A DNA stretch of 37,003 nt from a virus. Its lineage: Duplodnaviria > Caudoviricetes. The notes beneath the pieces are model-generated. The model had not been told where the DNA came from and ran no database searches. It saw only the letters and a list, made by a program, of their open reading frames with translations. The translations under genes were made by a program, and so were the position numbers. Shown in pieces: positions 36,623 through 37,003 of this stretch. The stretch covers positions 1-37,003 of the IMG/VR virus record IMGVR_UViG_3300050150_000008, one strand, 5' to 3'. Within the stretch, counting starts at the first letter, position 1. The number at the start of each line of letters is the position of its first letter.

Positions 36623-36853
36623 TTACCCCATCAAAGGAACAGCCATGTTAGGGTTGTTGGGGTTGATACGATACCGAGTGATGTCGATCTTGCGACCAGC
36701 CTGACTCTCGGTGGTGAGGACGAAGTCAAAATGAGCCTGCATTCCTTCTTCGGTGGTGACGCCTTGATTTTCAAGGGAACGTCGAAGACTGTATCCGTGC
36801 TGCCCCTTACGGGCATTTAAGGACATGTCGAAACCTTCAATAGAAGAAATCAT
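36623..36853 (-). CDS. Hypothetical early protein (76 aa)
   Basis: AAGGAGG RBS before ATG 36853; the track's longer start at 36925 is unlikely. Confidence 0.65.
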   Translation of the reverse strand: MISSIEGFDMSLNARKGQHGYSLRRSLENQGVTTEEGMQAHFDFVLTTESQAGRKIDITRYRINPNNPNMAVPLMG

Positions 36854-36875
36854 AAATCCTCCTTTTGAACTTGTT

Positions 36876-36896
36876 AAAAAAAGACTTGACAAAGTC
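36876..36896 (-). terminator. Possible weak terminator
   Basis: GACTT-TGTC-AAGTC followed by T7 on the minus strand. Confidence 0.35.
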
Positions 36897-37003
36897 AGAA
36901 AACGTCTTTTCTTCAACCGAAACACCAGAAATAGTGTAAGTTAAGCAACCTTTCGGACTTTGCCAGAAAAAGAAGACGTTGCAAAAATTGCCGGAATTGC
37001 TGT

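Noticed and set aside
36886-36915. + strand promoter at TTGACA
   Set aside because: No -10 element at 16-18 nt spacing; the hexamer lies in a small hairpin.
1-37003. Stop-codon recoding, introns/inteins, prophage features
   Set aside because: Genes tile densely in the standard code, RNR, polymerase and helicase are uninterrupted, and no integrase, repressor or host genes are visible.

Overview
About 37 kb of a lytic dsDNA podophage genome; no integrase, RNA polymerase, tRNA or CRISPR array was seen. Two convergent arms meet at a perfect bidirectional terminator (16062-16119). The + arm (1-16066) is a P22-type virion module: scaffold, coat, gp4-, gp10- and gp26-like proteins, tailspike, gp14-like protein, and ejection proteins including a 1718-aa polyvalent protein. 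The - arm, read from the right end, carries small early genes, then a phiEco32-type peptide-ligase cluster (class I and class II glutamine amidotransferases, two COOH-NH2 ligases, ATP-grasp). Next come T7-like replication genes (primase/helicase, PolA, SSB) driven by consensus sigma70 promoters, nucleotide metabolism genes (ThyX, class II RNR, two NTP pyrophosphatases), and a spanin-endolysin-holin cassette that implies a Gram-negative host. The most notable observations are: (1) a likely hidden gene, or -1 frameshift product, inside the class II amidotransferase of the ligase cluster; (2) the ligase cluster itself; (3) a PolA with paired substitutions at the steric gate and O-helix; (4) a sharp codon and composition split between early and late genes; (5) a scaffold with the same motif at both ends. 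All family calls come from motifs recognised by eye and from gene order; no searches were run.
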